Of a stretch of DNA of 64,000 nucleotides, positions 37,945 to 46,005 are shown in pieces. The stretch comes from Rickettsiales bacterium (GTDB taxonomy: Bacteria > Pseudomonadota > Alphaproteobacteria > Rickettsiales > UBA1997): positions 7,702-71,701 of the forward strand of contig JAITOR010000075.1 of the NCBI GenBank assembly GCA_031289855.1, given 5' to 3'. Under the pieces are notes generated by a model. That model ran no database searches and was not told the DNA's origin. It was given only the letters and a program-made list of their open reading frames with translations. The position numbers were made by a program, and so were the translations under genes. The first letter of the stretch is position 1. Every line of letters begins with the position of its first letter.

Positions 37945-38919
37945 TTACAATATTAATAGTTTTCTTGATATACTTTTTATTCTTTTATCTTCACTTTTTC
38001 TTAATAAAAAATATCCCGTCAATCTTTCGGCAATCATACCAATATCTCTAAATTTTCTACTATCTTTTGGTAATTTTTCCTCTAATTTAAATAATATAGG
38101 AAATATCCAATTGGAATATTCAAAAAATAATTCTCTCTTCATTATAAATATATTATTAAAATAAATTTTGTCACCCTCAAAAAATTTTTTCACATCTTGA
38201 TATTGTGATGGGTATTTATCTTTAATAAAAGTCATGGTTTCATTAAAAATATCTATACTAACCGCTTTGTTATATGGCATCATGTATTGAAAGTAAACGC
38301 TTAAAACGTTTCTTAACTGTGTTGTTACTAAATCCATACCCTCCATAACATCTTCTATTGCTCTGTATTCCAGCAGTTTTCCATAATGATAAACTCCAAT
38401 ATATTCCGGATTTCCAATTTTATCATAGTTTTTCCATGCCCAATAAATACCAGTCATCTCATTCCAATATCTATTGTAGCGAGAAACATTGTCACCAGTA
38501 TCATCACCTATCATGTTATCATTCAACCATTTATGGGGGTGGAGCAGAGTTTTTTTATAGTGCTCTTTGAAATCAGTTGCTATTTCTTCACCTACCTTGG
38601 CAATACTTCTACCACAATGTATTGGAAGTATTACTTTGTTTTGCCAAAGTGTATAAGGTTTGTGATAACAGGCAATAATTTTGATGTTATATCTTGTTTT
38701 ATCATCTGGATTATCATATCTGTATTTTTTTATTTCAATTGGTTTTTTTAAATTAATTTGCTCCTCAAGTTGAGCCAATATTGTTCTATCAAATGTACAA
38801 TGTGAATAAAATTTTTTTAAATTAACTGCCAATTGTTCTATCAAATATACATATGAATGAAATGAAATTAAAATAAATGATATGACGATAATATTTGAAT
38901 AATATTTATTTTTTAACAT
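37945..38919 (-). CDS. DUF4422-domain putative glycosyltransferase, paralog 1
   Basis: An N-terminal TM anchor is followed by IKIIACYHKP...LPIHCGR...GDDTGDNVS...YWAWKNY...IGVYHYGK and FIMKRELFFEYSNWIFPILF. This is the DUF4422 pattern (DNTGDNIS...YWxWKN...HYRR). It is clearly homologous to 50606..51604. Confidence 0.65.
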   Translation of the reverse strand: MLKNKYYSNIIVISFILISFHSYVYLIEQLAVNLKKFYSHCTFDRTILAQLEEQINLKKPIEIKKYRYDNPDDKTRYNIKIIACYHKPYTLWQNKVILPIHCGRSIAKVGEEIATDFKEHYKKTLLHPHKWLNDNMIGDDTGDNVSRYNRYWNEMTGIYWAWKNYDKIGNPEYIGVYHYGKLLEYRAIEDVMEGMDLVTTQLRNVLSVYFQYMMPYNKAVSIDIFNETMTFIKDKYPSQYQDVKKFFEGDKIYFNNIFIMKRELFFEYSNWIFPILFKLEEKLPKDSRKFRDIGMIAERLTGYFLLRKSEDKRIKSISRKLLIL

Positions 38920-38972
38920 TTTATTATGTTATTAATTAAAAAATAAAAAACAAATTTAATTAATAAGTTTTT

Positions 38973-38987
38973 TCATGTCTTTTTCAT
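38973..38987 (-). other. mini-uORF ATG AAA AAG ACA TGA (MKKT) in the leader of DUF4422 paralog 1
   Basis: AGGAA precedes it. A homologous mini-ORF is present in the copy E leader. Confidence 0.3.
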
Positions 38988-39021
38988 AATTATATTCCTA
39001 TATTTTGTTAATATTATTTAT

Positions 39022-39053
39022 ATTATACATCATAAGTGTAAAGTGCGGAAGTA
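39022..39053 (-). promoter_or_regulatory. cassette copy C, upstream of DUF4422 paralog 1
   Basis: The minus strand reads tacTTCCGCactttacacttatgatgTATAAT. The predicted leader to ATG 38919 is about 96 nt. Confidence 0.5.
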
Positions 39054-39090
39054 TATAAATAAAAAATATTATAAAATTATTTTTCAAAAG

Positions 39091-39122
39091 TACTTCCATA
39101 CTTAAAATAAATAAGTTATACT
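39091..39122 (+). promoter_or_regulatory. cassette copy C-prime, divergent partner facing kpsF
   Basis: The sequence is tacTTCCATacttaaaataaataagtTATACT. It is in inverted orientation to copy C, 37 nt away, and lies about 90 nt upstream of kpsF. Confidence 0.4.
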
Positions 39123-39213
39123 CAAAATAACAATTACCAAAAAATTGCTAAAATTGAATATAATTTTTTGCTTTTTTATTTATTAATATTATTGTATCAG
39201 TTAGGGAGATTTT

Positions 39214-40182
39214 ATGAAATATATCAAATTTGGAGAGCATTCTTTAAATATTGAAATAAAGGCAATGCAATCACTTTTACAACATTCTTTAAACGATGTT
39301 TTTGAGAAAGTTGTGGGAACAATTTTAAATACAAAGGGACGAATTATTGTAAGTGGTATCGGTAAACCAGGTTATATAGCACACAAAATTGCAGCAACCC
39401 TTGCTTCCACTGGCACACCAGCCTATTATATACACTCTGATGAAGCCAGTCATGGAGATTTGGGAATGGTAAGTAATAACGACACAATCATTATGTTGTC
39501 AGCCTCCGGTGAGTCAAAAGAATTGAAAGATTTAATACATTATGCGAAAAGATTGGAAATTCCACTTATTGGACTCACAAGAAATAAAGATTCTTTTTTA
39601 GCCCAAATGTCTGATATTCCAGTGGTCCTTGAGGATATTGAGGAAACCAACGTGCTTAAATCACCCACAACTTCAAGTTTAATGTTCCTTGCTTATTTTG
39701 ATGCGATAATCACTGCCCTGATAAATGTAAAAGGCTTTGATGTTGAAAAATATAAATTATTGCATCCAGGCGGAAAGCTTGGGGCAAGTATGCTTAAAGT
39801 TAAAGAAGTTATGTCAACAGATGCCCCACTTTGCTATGATACTGACGACATAAAAAAGGTCGTTGATGTTATGATAAAAGTAAATAAAGGTTGTGTTGGT
39901 ATTATAAATAAAAACGATGATTTAGTTGGCATTATTGCTGATGGTGATTTTAAGAGAAATATACTTGTTTACAAAGATCTTTTGGAAGCAAAAATCGTCG
40001 ATATAATGGTTAAAAATCCACTTACCATAAATGAAAATCAATTTGCAATCGATGCTGTAAGTATTATGCAAGGAAATAATATTAAAAAAAGATATGTGCA
40101 AAATCTTTTTGTGCTAAATGATTACAAAAAAGTTGTGGGACATTTGCATATACAACAATTGCTATTGGCAGGCGTATTATGA
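39214..40182 (+). CDS. kpsF: arabinose-5-phosphate isomerase (KpsF/GutQ family)
   Basis: The SIS domain reads GIGKPGYIAHKIAATLASTGTPAYYIH...SGES, and a tandem CBS pair lies at the C-terminus. Confidence 0.88.
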   Translation: MKYIKFGEHSLNIEIKAMQSLLQHSLNDVFEKVVGTILNTKGRIIVSGIGKPGYIAHKIAATLASTGTPAYYIHSDEASHGDLGMVSNNDTIIMLSASGESKELKDLIHYAKRLEIPLIGLTRNKDSFLAQMSDIPVVLEDIEETNVLKSPTTSSLMFLAYFDAIITALINVKGFDVEKYKLLHPGGKLGASMLKVKEVMSTDAPLCYDTDDIKKVVDVMIKVNKGCVGIINKNDDLVGIIADGDFKRNILVYKDLLEAKIVDIMVKNPLTINENQFAIDAVSIMQGNNIKKRYVQNLFVLNDYKKVVGHLHIQQLLLAGVL

Positions 40183-40910
40183 AAAAGATATTAGTTTTAC
40201 TTCCATTGTTTTTGATATCTTGTGCTTCACAAGATATGGGGCAACCAAGGGTAAAATTGGTGGATTCACAGGGCAATCCTGTAAAATTGAATAAAATTGT
40301 TCCAAAATTTAATGCTGAGCAATTAGAAAAACAAAGAGAGACGGTGGATAGAACGCAAAATAGTGAGAATAGAAAAGTTGAAATAACGAAATTTAAACAA
40401 ATAAATACTAATTTTGATATTGAATCTGACGATAACATTATAAATAATGAAGCGAATGAAGGTAATGGTATAGGTAATGCTTACCCGGATGAACTTTTTG
40501 CAGATAGAATTACAAATTACAATTATAATTATACGCAACAAATGCAAAATGAATCACCAAAGAAGGAGAGTAAAGTTGTGGTGGTGAATACTGAAGAAAT
40601 AAAGGCAACACCACCACCTTCTTCCCAACCAAAAACCACACCAATACCAGCACCATCACCTACCATCAAAAACAAAAAAGGTTATTATATACAAATAGGA
40701 ATTTATAGTGAAAAGAAAAATGCACAAAATATGTATAATAAATTTAAAAAAATAAATATGGGAGAAATTAGTGAATATGTGGACAAAAATGGAAAAGTAA
40801 AATATAAAGTTGCATTAGGACCATATAATGAAAGGAAATATGCTGGCATAGATATGAATAAAATAATAAATACGGGGCATTACGATGTGTATATCGCAGA
40901 ACAAAAATAG
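40179..40910 (+). CDS. SPOR domain lipoprotein
   Basis: The lipobox is LFLISC. A P/S/T linker follows, then a C-terminal SPOR-like fold (GYYIQIGIYSEKKNAQNMYNKF...YKVALGPY). Confidence 0.7.
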   Translation: MKKILVLLPLFLISCASQDMGQPRVKLVDSQGNPVKLNKIVPKFNAEQLEKQRETVDRTQNSENRKVEITKFKQINTNFDIESDDNIINNEANEGNGIGNAYPDELFADRITNYNYNYTQQMQNESPKKESKVVVVNTEEIKATPPPSSQPKTTPIPAPSPTIKNKKGYYIQIGIYSEKKNAQNMYNKFKKINMGEISEYVDKNGKVKYKVALGPYNERKYAGIDMNKIINTGHYDVYIAEQK

Positions 40911-41496
40911 ATTATTATTAGTATTATTATTGCTTTTGACATCTTGTGAAGCATTGTTATCGTATGAACCTACGAAAAGATCTAATGATGATTTTTTAGA
41001 TACATATGGTACAAAAATTGAAAGGGCAAAGGAAAAACATTATCAAAGCATAAAGGAACAAAATTATCAAGGTGCAACTTTTGAAAATACTGCTATGGGT
41101 AGAGAAAAAGCAAGAGAAATGGAATTTTTGGTGTCAAATGAAGAAAACAAGCCATACAAGGAGTTAGAAAATGCTGGTGGTATAGGAATTAAGTATTTAT
41201 CGGATAATGTTGATAGATATAAAGAGGATGAAATTGATATTTTCAGCACCATACAACCTGAGGATGATGATTTTGTTCGTTTTAATAAGGGAACGAAAGA
41301 TTATACTGAAATTGATAACCGAGAATTACAGGAAGATTATGATAAAATTATGGAAGATGGTAGTGTGGAAAGATATGAAGCAAGATTGAAAAAACTCAAA
41401 GAAGATGAACAAAAGCAAAATGACACTGGAACTTTGAATAAAATGACGAAAGGACTTAAAAAGTTTGGAGCAACGGTTAAAGGGTTGTTGAAATAA
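40885..41496 (+). CDS. hypothetical lipoprotein (203 aa)
   Basis: The lipobox is LLLLTSC. The mature part is acidic and charged, with no recognised family. Confidence 0.5.
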   Translation: MCISQNKNRLLLVLLLLLTSCEALLSYEPTKRSNDDFLDTYGTKIERAKEKHYQSIKEQNYQGATFENTAMGREKAREMEFLVSNEENKPYKELENAGGIGIKYLSDNVDRYKEDEIDIFSTIQPEDDDFVRFNKGTKDYTEIDNRELQEDYDKIMEDGSVERYEARLKKLKEDEQKQNDTGTLNKMTKGLKKFGATVKGLLK

Positions 41497-41499
41497 TTA

Positions 41500-41871
41500 T
41501 TTACTTCAACATTTCTATGTACTTCGCCAATCCTTTTTTCACCTATATCTCCATTCTTTCTCTTTTTCGTTTACTTCATCCTGATTATTTCCATTTTTGC
41601 ATAATCTATCTACGTTGGATATAACTATTTTATCTTCTTTTTTTGTTGTTCGTTCTATTAATTCTGAAAAAACCACTTTTTGATAAAATAAAGTATTGAC
41701 AATTTCTCATAAGTTCCAATTCGAAATATAGTTCACTATCATTATTCATATCAAAATAATTAAATGAATATTTATATTTGATATATCTTTTACAAGATTT
41801 TGTAATATATTATTATTCAATCTTGCCTTCACTAAATTCATAGAACTTGAAAAGATAAATGTAATATTCAT
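41500..41871 (-). pseudogene. degraded ORF downstream of cassette copy D
   Basis: On the minus strand, an ATG at 41871 opens a 41-codon ORF (MNITFIFSSSMNLVKARLNNNILQNLVKDISNINIHLIILI). The reading then continues in two other frames (MNNDSELYFELELMRNCQYFILSKSGFFRINRTNNKKRR, then KKEDKIVISNVDRLCKNGNNQDEVNEKEKEWRYR). One frame break lies at a poly-A run. Ancestral identity unknown. Confidence 0.3.
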
Positions 41872-41875
41872 TTAT

Positions 41876-41907
41876 ATTATACATCATAAGTGTAAAGTAC
41901 GGAAGTA
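41876..41907 (-). promoter_or_regulatory. cassette copy D, upstream of the degraded ORF
   Basis: The minus strand reads tacTTCCGTactttacacttatgatgTATAAT. It is nearly identical to copy C over more than 44 nt. Confidence 0.45.
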
Positions 41908-41985
41908 CATAAAGAAAATAAATATTAATTATTATAATTGTTTTTTGTTTTTATTTCAAATTTACACGTTATATATTAATTATAT

Positions 41986-42063
41986 TTCACAATATAAATT
42001 CACAATATAGATTCACAATACAAATTTACAATACAAATCCACAACGCATCTTCACAATCTATT
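41986..42063. repeat. tandem array, 6 x 13 bp, core TTCACAATA
   Basis: Units start at 41986, 41999, 42012, 42025, 42038 and 42051. The cores read ttcacaata, ttcacaata, ttcacaata, tttacaata, tccacaacg and ttcacaatc. Confidence 0.8.
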
Positions 42064-42248
42064 TATTTATCGAACAACATATTTAATTCATTAAATATCA
42101 CCCAGTTAAATATGTTTTTTCAATTAATTATTTATATGTTTATGTTGTTATTGATAATCAATTATATAATCTTATTATATAACAATAAAACCAAATACGC
42201 AAATTAATATTACACTATGCCTATATTTTTATTTTTAAGCCACATTTT

Positions 42249-43268
42249 TTGTTTATGAGGTGTATGTTTCTGAAAAATTTGACAAAAAAAAAACAGCATC
42301 ATAATAAAGTGTTAATAAATAAAAATACAATGGTCAATGAAGACAAAAACTTTTCTTCAAATGAAGGAATTGAAAAATTTGAAACAAATATTCTTGATGA
42401 AGTAAAACAATATTTGGAAAAAGGTGAAATGCAAGAAAGCGAAAAATATTTTTTAAATGGAATTATTAGAAAATATAAACCTAAAAAATTATTGGAAGTT
42501 GGAGTTTCGGCTGGTGGTTCGAGTATAATTATGTTAAATGCAATAAAAGAGTATGATGCAAGATTATATTCGGTGGATTATAGTAAAAAATACTATCGAG
42601 ACAATACCAAAGAAACTGGCTACTTGGTTCAAGAAAATGTTCCACATTTAGCAAATAAATATAAATTATATACCGGTAATATAGCGGCAAATTTTATGGA
42701 AGAAATTGGAGGTGATATAGATTTGTGTTTGTTGGATACTGTGCACTCGATACCGGGAGAATTGCTTGATATTTTAATGATTTTGCCCTTCATGAAAAAA
42801 GATGGAATAATTGTTTTACACGACACATCTTATCATTGTTTCAAAAACACTGCTTATTCAAATGGGATATTGTTTAGTGTCATAAAGGCCAATAAATTAC
42901 AACCATTGATGAATGAAGATTCTATTCCATTGCCAAATATTGGAGCATTTCAATTAATGAATGACACCATGCAATATGCAAGTGATATATTTCTTTCGTT
43001 AAATTTGCCATGGCAATATTTGCCATCCGATGCTTGTATACAAGAGGCCATCAAGTTGTATTTAAAATATTACAAGGAAAAGGATATAAAAATTTTAGAA
43101 AAAATATTTCTTTACAATAAGAAGATATGTGAGAATAAAATAAAGTACAAAGGAATTAATGTTGCTTGTAAAAAATATAAAAAATATCCAAAATGGCTTA
43201 TATATTTTTTGTGTTGGTTCGTGGTGAAGAAAATAAATAGAAACAAAATGAGGAAAAAATATATATAA
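42249..43268 (+). CDS. class I SAM-dependent methyltransferase with a C-terminal TM segment
   Basis: Motif I is LLEVGVSAGGSSIIML, the post-I segment is acidic, and LCLLDTVHS...DGIIVLHD follows. The C-terminal hydrophobic stretch is WLIYFLCWFVV. The start is uncertain (TTG at 42249, or ATG at 42255 or 42264). Confidence 0.6.
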   Translation: MFMRCMFLKNLTKKKQHHNKVLINKNTMVNEDKNFSSNEGIEKFETNILDEVKQYLEKGEMQESEKYFLNGIIRKYKPKKLLEVGVSAGGSSIIMLNAIKEYDARLYSVDYSKKYYRDNTKETGYLVQENVPHLANKYKLYTGNIAANFMEEIGGDIDLCLLDTVHSIPGELLDILMILPFMKKDGIIVLHDTSYHCFKNTAYSNGILFSVIKANKLQPLMNEDSIPLPNIGAFQLMNDTMQYASDIFLSLNLPWQYLPSDACIQEAIKLYLKYYKEKDIKILEKIFLYNKKICENKIKYKGINVACKKYKKYPKWLIYFLCWFVVKKINRNKMRKKYI

Positions 43269-43307
43269 TACTTGATTTATTAAAAACATATGGTATTATA
43301 AAAATAT

Positions 43308-43384
43308 GCACTCATAGCTTAACTGGATAGAGCATTGGTCTTCGGAACCACAGATTGGGGGTTCAAATCCCTCTGGGTGCACCA
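43308..43384 (+). tRNA. tRNA-Arg (TCG)
   Basis: Hand-folded. The acceptor gcactca pairs with tgggtgc, the anticodon loop is ctTCGga, the T arm is ggggg/ccctc, and CCA is encoded. Confidence 0.85.
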
Positions 43385-43502
43385 TATAATTTTTGGAAAT
43401 TTTCCCTCGTATTTTCCCGTTGTGTTTATAGTGTGAGATGGTTTTCTATTTCTTTTTTTGCATGGTTAGTTCCATCAACTTTAATACCAAATTACATGTT
43501 TG

Positions 43503-44216
43503 TTAGTTGTTCTTAATCACAGTATATTCGCCTTCTCCGTTTATTACTTTTTTAAAAGAGTCTTTTTCGTCAATCTTAAAAACCAATATTGGCATCTTAT
43601 TATCCCTTGCCAATGTTAAAGCTGTTGGATCCATAACTCTAATATCTTTCTTTATGGCTTCGTTAAACGAAATTTCATCATACCTAATCGCATCAGGATA
43701 TTTCATTGGATCTTTATCATATACACCCTTTACTTTTGTTCCTTTTAATACCGCATCACATTGCATTTCACTTGCTCTCAAAACTGATGCTGTATCGGTG
43801 GTAAAAAAGGGACTTCCAAGTCCCGCCACAAATATAACCACTCGATTTTTTTCCAAATGTCTAATCGCTTTTCTCATTATATATGGTTCACAAACTTTGT
43901 TTATCTCGATGGCCGACTGCATTCTCACTTCCACACCAAGTTTTTCAATACAGGCCTGTAATGCAATGCCATTCATGGCTGTTGCCAACATACCCATATA
44001 ATCCGCACTCACTCTGTCCATCACTTCTGTTGATACCTGCACCCCTCTAAATATATTGCCACCACCCACAACTATTGCAATTTCTGCCCCCATTTTATGT
44101 ATGTCCGTAATTTCTTTACAAGTTTTTTGTAAAGCCGCCATGTCATGCCCAAAAGCATTTCCACCCATTAAAGATTCACCCGATACTTTGAATAAAATTC
44201 GTTTATATTTTAGCAT
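43503..44216 (-). CDS. pyrH: UMP kinase
   Basis: It has YKRILFKVSGESL, VVGGGNIFRG and full-length PyrH similarity. Confidence 0.95.
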   Translation of the reverse strand: MLKYKRILFKVSGESLMGGNAFGHDMAALQKTCKEITDIHKMGAEIAIVVGGGNIFRGVQVSTEVMDRVSADYMGMLATAMNGIALQACIEKLGVEVRMQSAIEINKVCEPYIMRKAIRHLEKNRVVIFVAGLGSPFFTTDTASVLRASEMQCDAVLKGTKVKGVYDKDPMKYPDAIRYDEISFNEAIKKDIRVMDPTALTLARDNKMPILVFKIDEKDSFKKVINGEGEYTVIKNN

Positions 44217-44310
44217 TTTTAAAATCCTACAAGTTATTTAAAAACTATTTTAATCATAGTATATAATTTTTAATTATGCAAATTTATATTTTTATGCAAT
44301 TTTAATTTGC

Positions 44311-44339
44311 TTGACTTATTGTTTTTTGTATGTTATAAT
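44311..44339 (+). promoter_or_regulatory. sigma70-type promoter (TTGACT-N17-TATAAT) of the HAD gene
   Basis: The hexamers are near consensus. The ATG at 44346 lies 6 nt after the -10. Confidence 0.55.
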
Positions 44340-44345
44340 ACGAGT

Positions 44346-45134
44346 ATGTTCGTTAAACCATTTATTATTTGGGATTTTGATGGCACATTGGTGGATAGTG
44401 AAAGATTTTTTAAAGATATAATTTATAGTTATTTGCAGGGTAGGGGATATGCCAAAGATCTAAGTAAGTTTAGTGATTACTTTTACTTCAAAAGTATGGC
44501 AGGCAAGCCTGATGGTAAAATGTTTGAAGTCATGGCTGATGCTGGAATAATTGAAAAAAATATCGTTAAACCTGAAATTTATGATGGAGATTTTTTTAGA
44601 TATGCGGAAGATAGATTTAAAAATATAAAACTTGGTGAATTAAAATTGACAAAAGGTATGGATAAAATATTGGATGCACTTTATCAAAAATACGATATGT
44701 GTATTGCAACATCTGCTCATAGGGATGATTTTTTGAAAAAATGTTATTCCGTAAATAATGAAATTATAAATGGTATGAGAAAATTTTCTGCCACAGAGGT
44801 GCCGGATGATTATAAATATTTAAATTTTGACAAATATAAAACAAAAACAAAGCCAAATCCATCTGTTTTTATTTATGCTTTTGAAAATTGCAAAGAAGTA
44901 GATTATCCTGATATTTTTAATAATTTTACTGGAAAAGTTGTTATTTTTGAGGATTCAAAATCTGGATGTGAAGCAGGAAGAAATTTCAAAGAGTTTTTTA
45001 AAGATACAATTGTTGTGGGATATATTGGTGGGGAGCATAGGCCAGATGGTGAAGAATTAAAAAAAAGTGGTGCTGATTACATAGTAAAGGACAGAAAGGA
45101 TGTTGTGGATTTATTTTGTAATGTTGTTCCGTGA
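44346..45134 (+). CDS. HAD-superfamily hydrolase
   Basis: The ORF opens at 44307 (TTG). I prefer the ATG at 44346 (MFVKPFIIWDFDGTLVDSE, with motif I DFDGT). That ATG lies 6 nt after a consensus -10, which suggests a leaderless mRNA. Confidence 0.7.
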   Translation: MFVKPFIIWDFDGTLVDSERFFKDIIYSYLQGRGYAKDLSKFSDYFYFKSMAGKPDGKMFEVMADAGIIEKNIVKPEIYDGDFFRYAEDRFKNIKLGELKLTKGMDKILDALYQKYDMCIATSAHRDDFLKKCYSVNNEIINGMRKFSATEVPDDYKYLNFDKYKTKTKPNPSVFIYAFENCKEVDYPDIFNNFTGKVVIFEDSKSGCEAGRNFKEFFKDTIVVGYIGGEHRPDGEELKKSGADYIVKDRKDVVDLFCNVVP

Positions 45135-45220
45135 CATTATATTAATTAAATATTCGATATTTAGTAATTATAACAAAATATAATATTGATTTTTTATTAT
45201 ATTATAATAATATACATTAT

Positions 45221-45712
45221 ATGTATAGTTCCAGTAAAGTTGAGTTTAATTTTTTAAAAAATGTAATAGTGTTTTTCGCTATTATTGTTTTTTTGGTTCT
45301 CCCATCAATCGTTAGACGATACATACCATTTTTTACAACCTTTCCAAATGTAGTTTCTTTCTTGCTTTTTACTTATTATTTTGAAGAAGAAAGAAAATAT
45401 TTTTTATATTTCATTTTTGGATTTATTTTTGATGTTTTGAATGTTTTACCATTTGGTTTTTCATCATGTATTTGGTTAATAAATCTATCTTTTACGGGAT
45501 ATTTTAAAAAATCAATAAATTTTAATAAATATTATTTTTTACTTTTTGATTTTTTGAATATGTTTTTTTCATTTTTTACTATGTTATTTTTGTATCAAAA
45601 CACTTATAGTTTTTGGTATTATTTATGGCAATATATAGTAAATGGATTTTGGTTTATTATATTTTTTAATTATATTTACACTCCATTAAATAAAAGAAGT
45701 AAAGTAAGATGA
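45221..45712 (+). CDS. hypothetical polytopic membrane protein (163 aa)
   Basis: There are four or five hydrophobic segments and many F/Y/W residues. I could not support any family assignment. Confidence 0.45.
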   Translation: MYSSSKVEFNFLKNVIVFFAIIVFLVLPSIVRRYIPFFTTFPNVVSFLLFTYYFEEERKYFLYFIFGFIFDVLNVLPFGFSSCIWLINLSFTGYFKKSINFNKYYFLLFDFLNMFFSFFTMLFLYQNTYSFWYYLWQYIVNGFWFIIFFNYIYTPLNKRSKVR

Positions 45713-46005
45713 TAAAAAATAAAAATAGTTTTATTGCAATATTGATTGGGCTTTTACCTCATTGTTTTTGTTGTGGAATTCCCTTTGCCGTAATACTAAT
45801 AAATCTTTTTTTTGGCACAAATATAGTATTTCAACTTAAATTTTTTAATGAATGGACTGAATATTTATTGTTTGCAATATCGGGTTTTTTTATAACAAAA
45901 TTATATCTAACAAAAGATAAAAGCAGGGAAGAGAGAATTATTTTATATATTACAACTGGAATTTTTATATTTAATTTAATTGGACATTTGGTATTTGATG
46001 CTTAA
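45709..46005 (+). CDS. hypothetical small membrane protein (98 aa) with an HCFCCG motif
   Basis: There are three hydrophobic segments. The start overlaps the upstream stop as ATGA. Confidence 0.4.
   Translation: MIKNKNSFIAILIGLLPHCFCCGIPFAVILINLFFGTNIVFQLKFFNEWTEYLLFAISGFFITKLYLTKDKSREERIILYITTGIFIFNLIGHLVFDA

Noticed and set aside
41986-42063. The tandem 13-bp array as a CRISPR array
   Set aside because: The units abut directly with no spacers and are far shorter than CRISPR repeats. No cas genes are present.
41497-42248. Declaring the 752-bp gene-free region the chromosomal origin (oriC)
   Set aside because: Only imperfect DnaA-box-like cores were seen (at best 7 of 9). There are no CtrA-type TTAA-N7-TTAA sites, no dnaA/hemE-type marker genes nearby, and no clear switch in gene orientation. 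I kept it only as one hypothesis for the 13-bp array.
45221-45712. Calling the 163-aa polytopic protein MreD
   Set aside because: Only the size and hydrophobicity fit. There is no adjacent mreB or mreC and I could verify no diagnostic motif.
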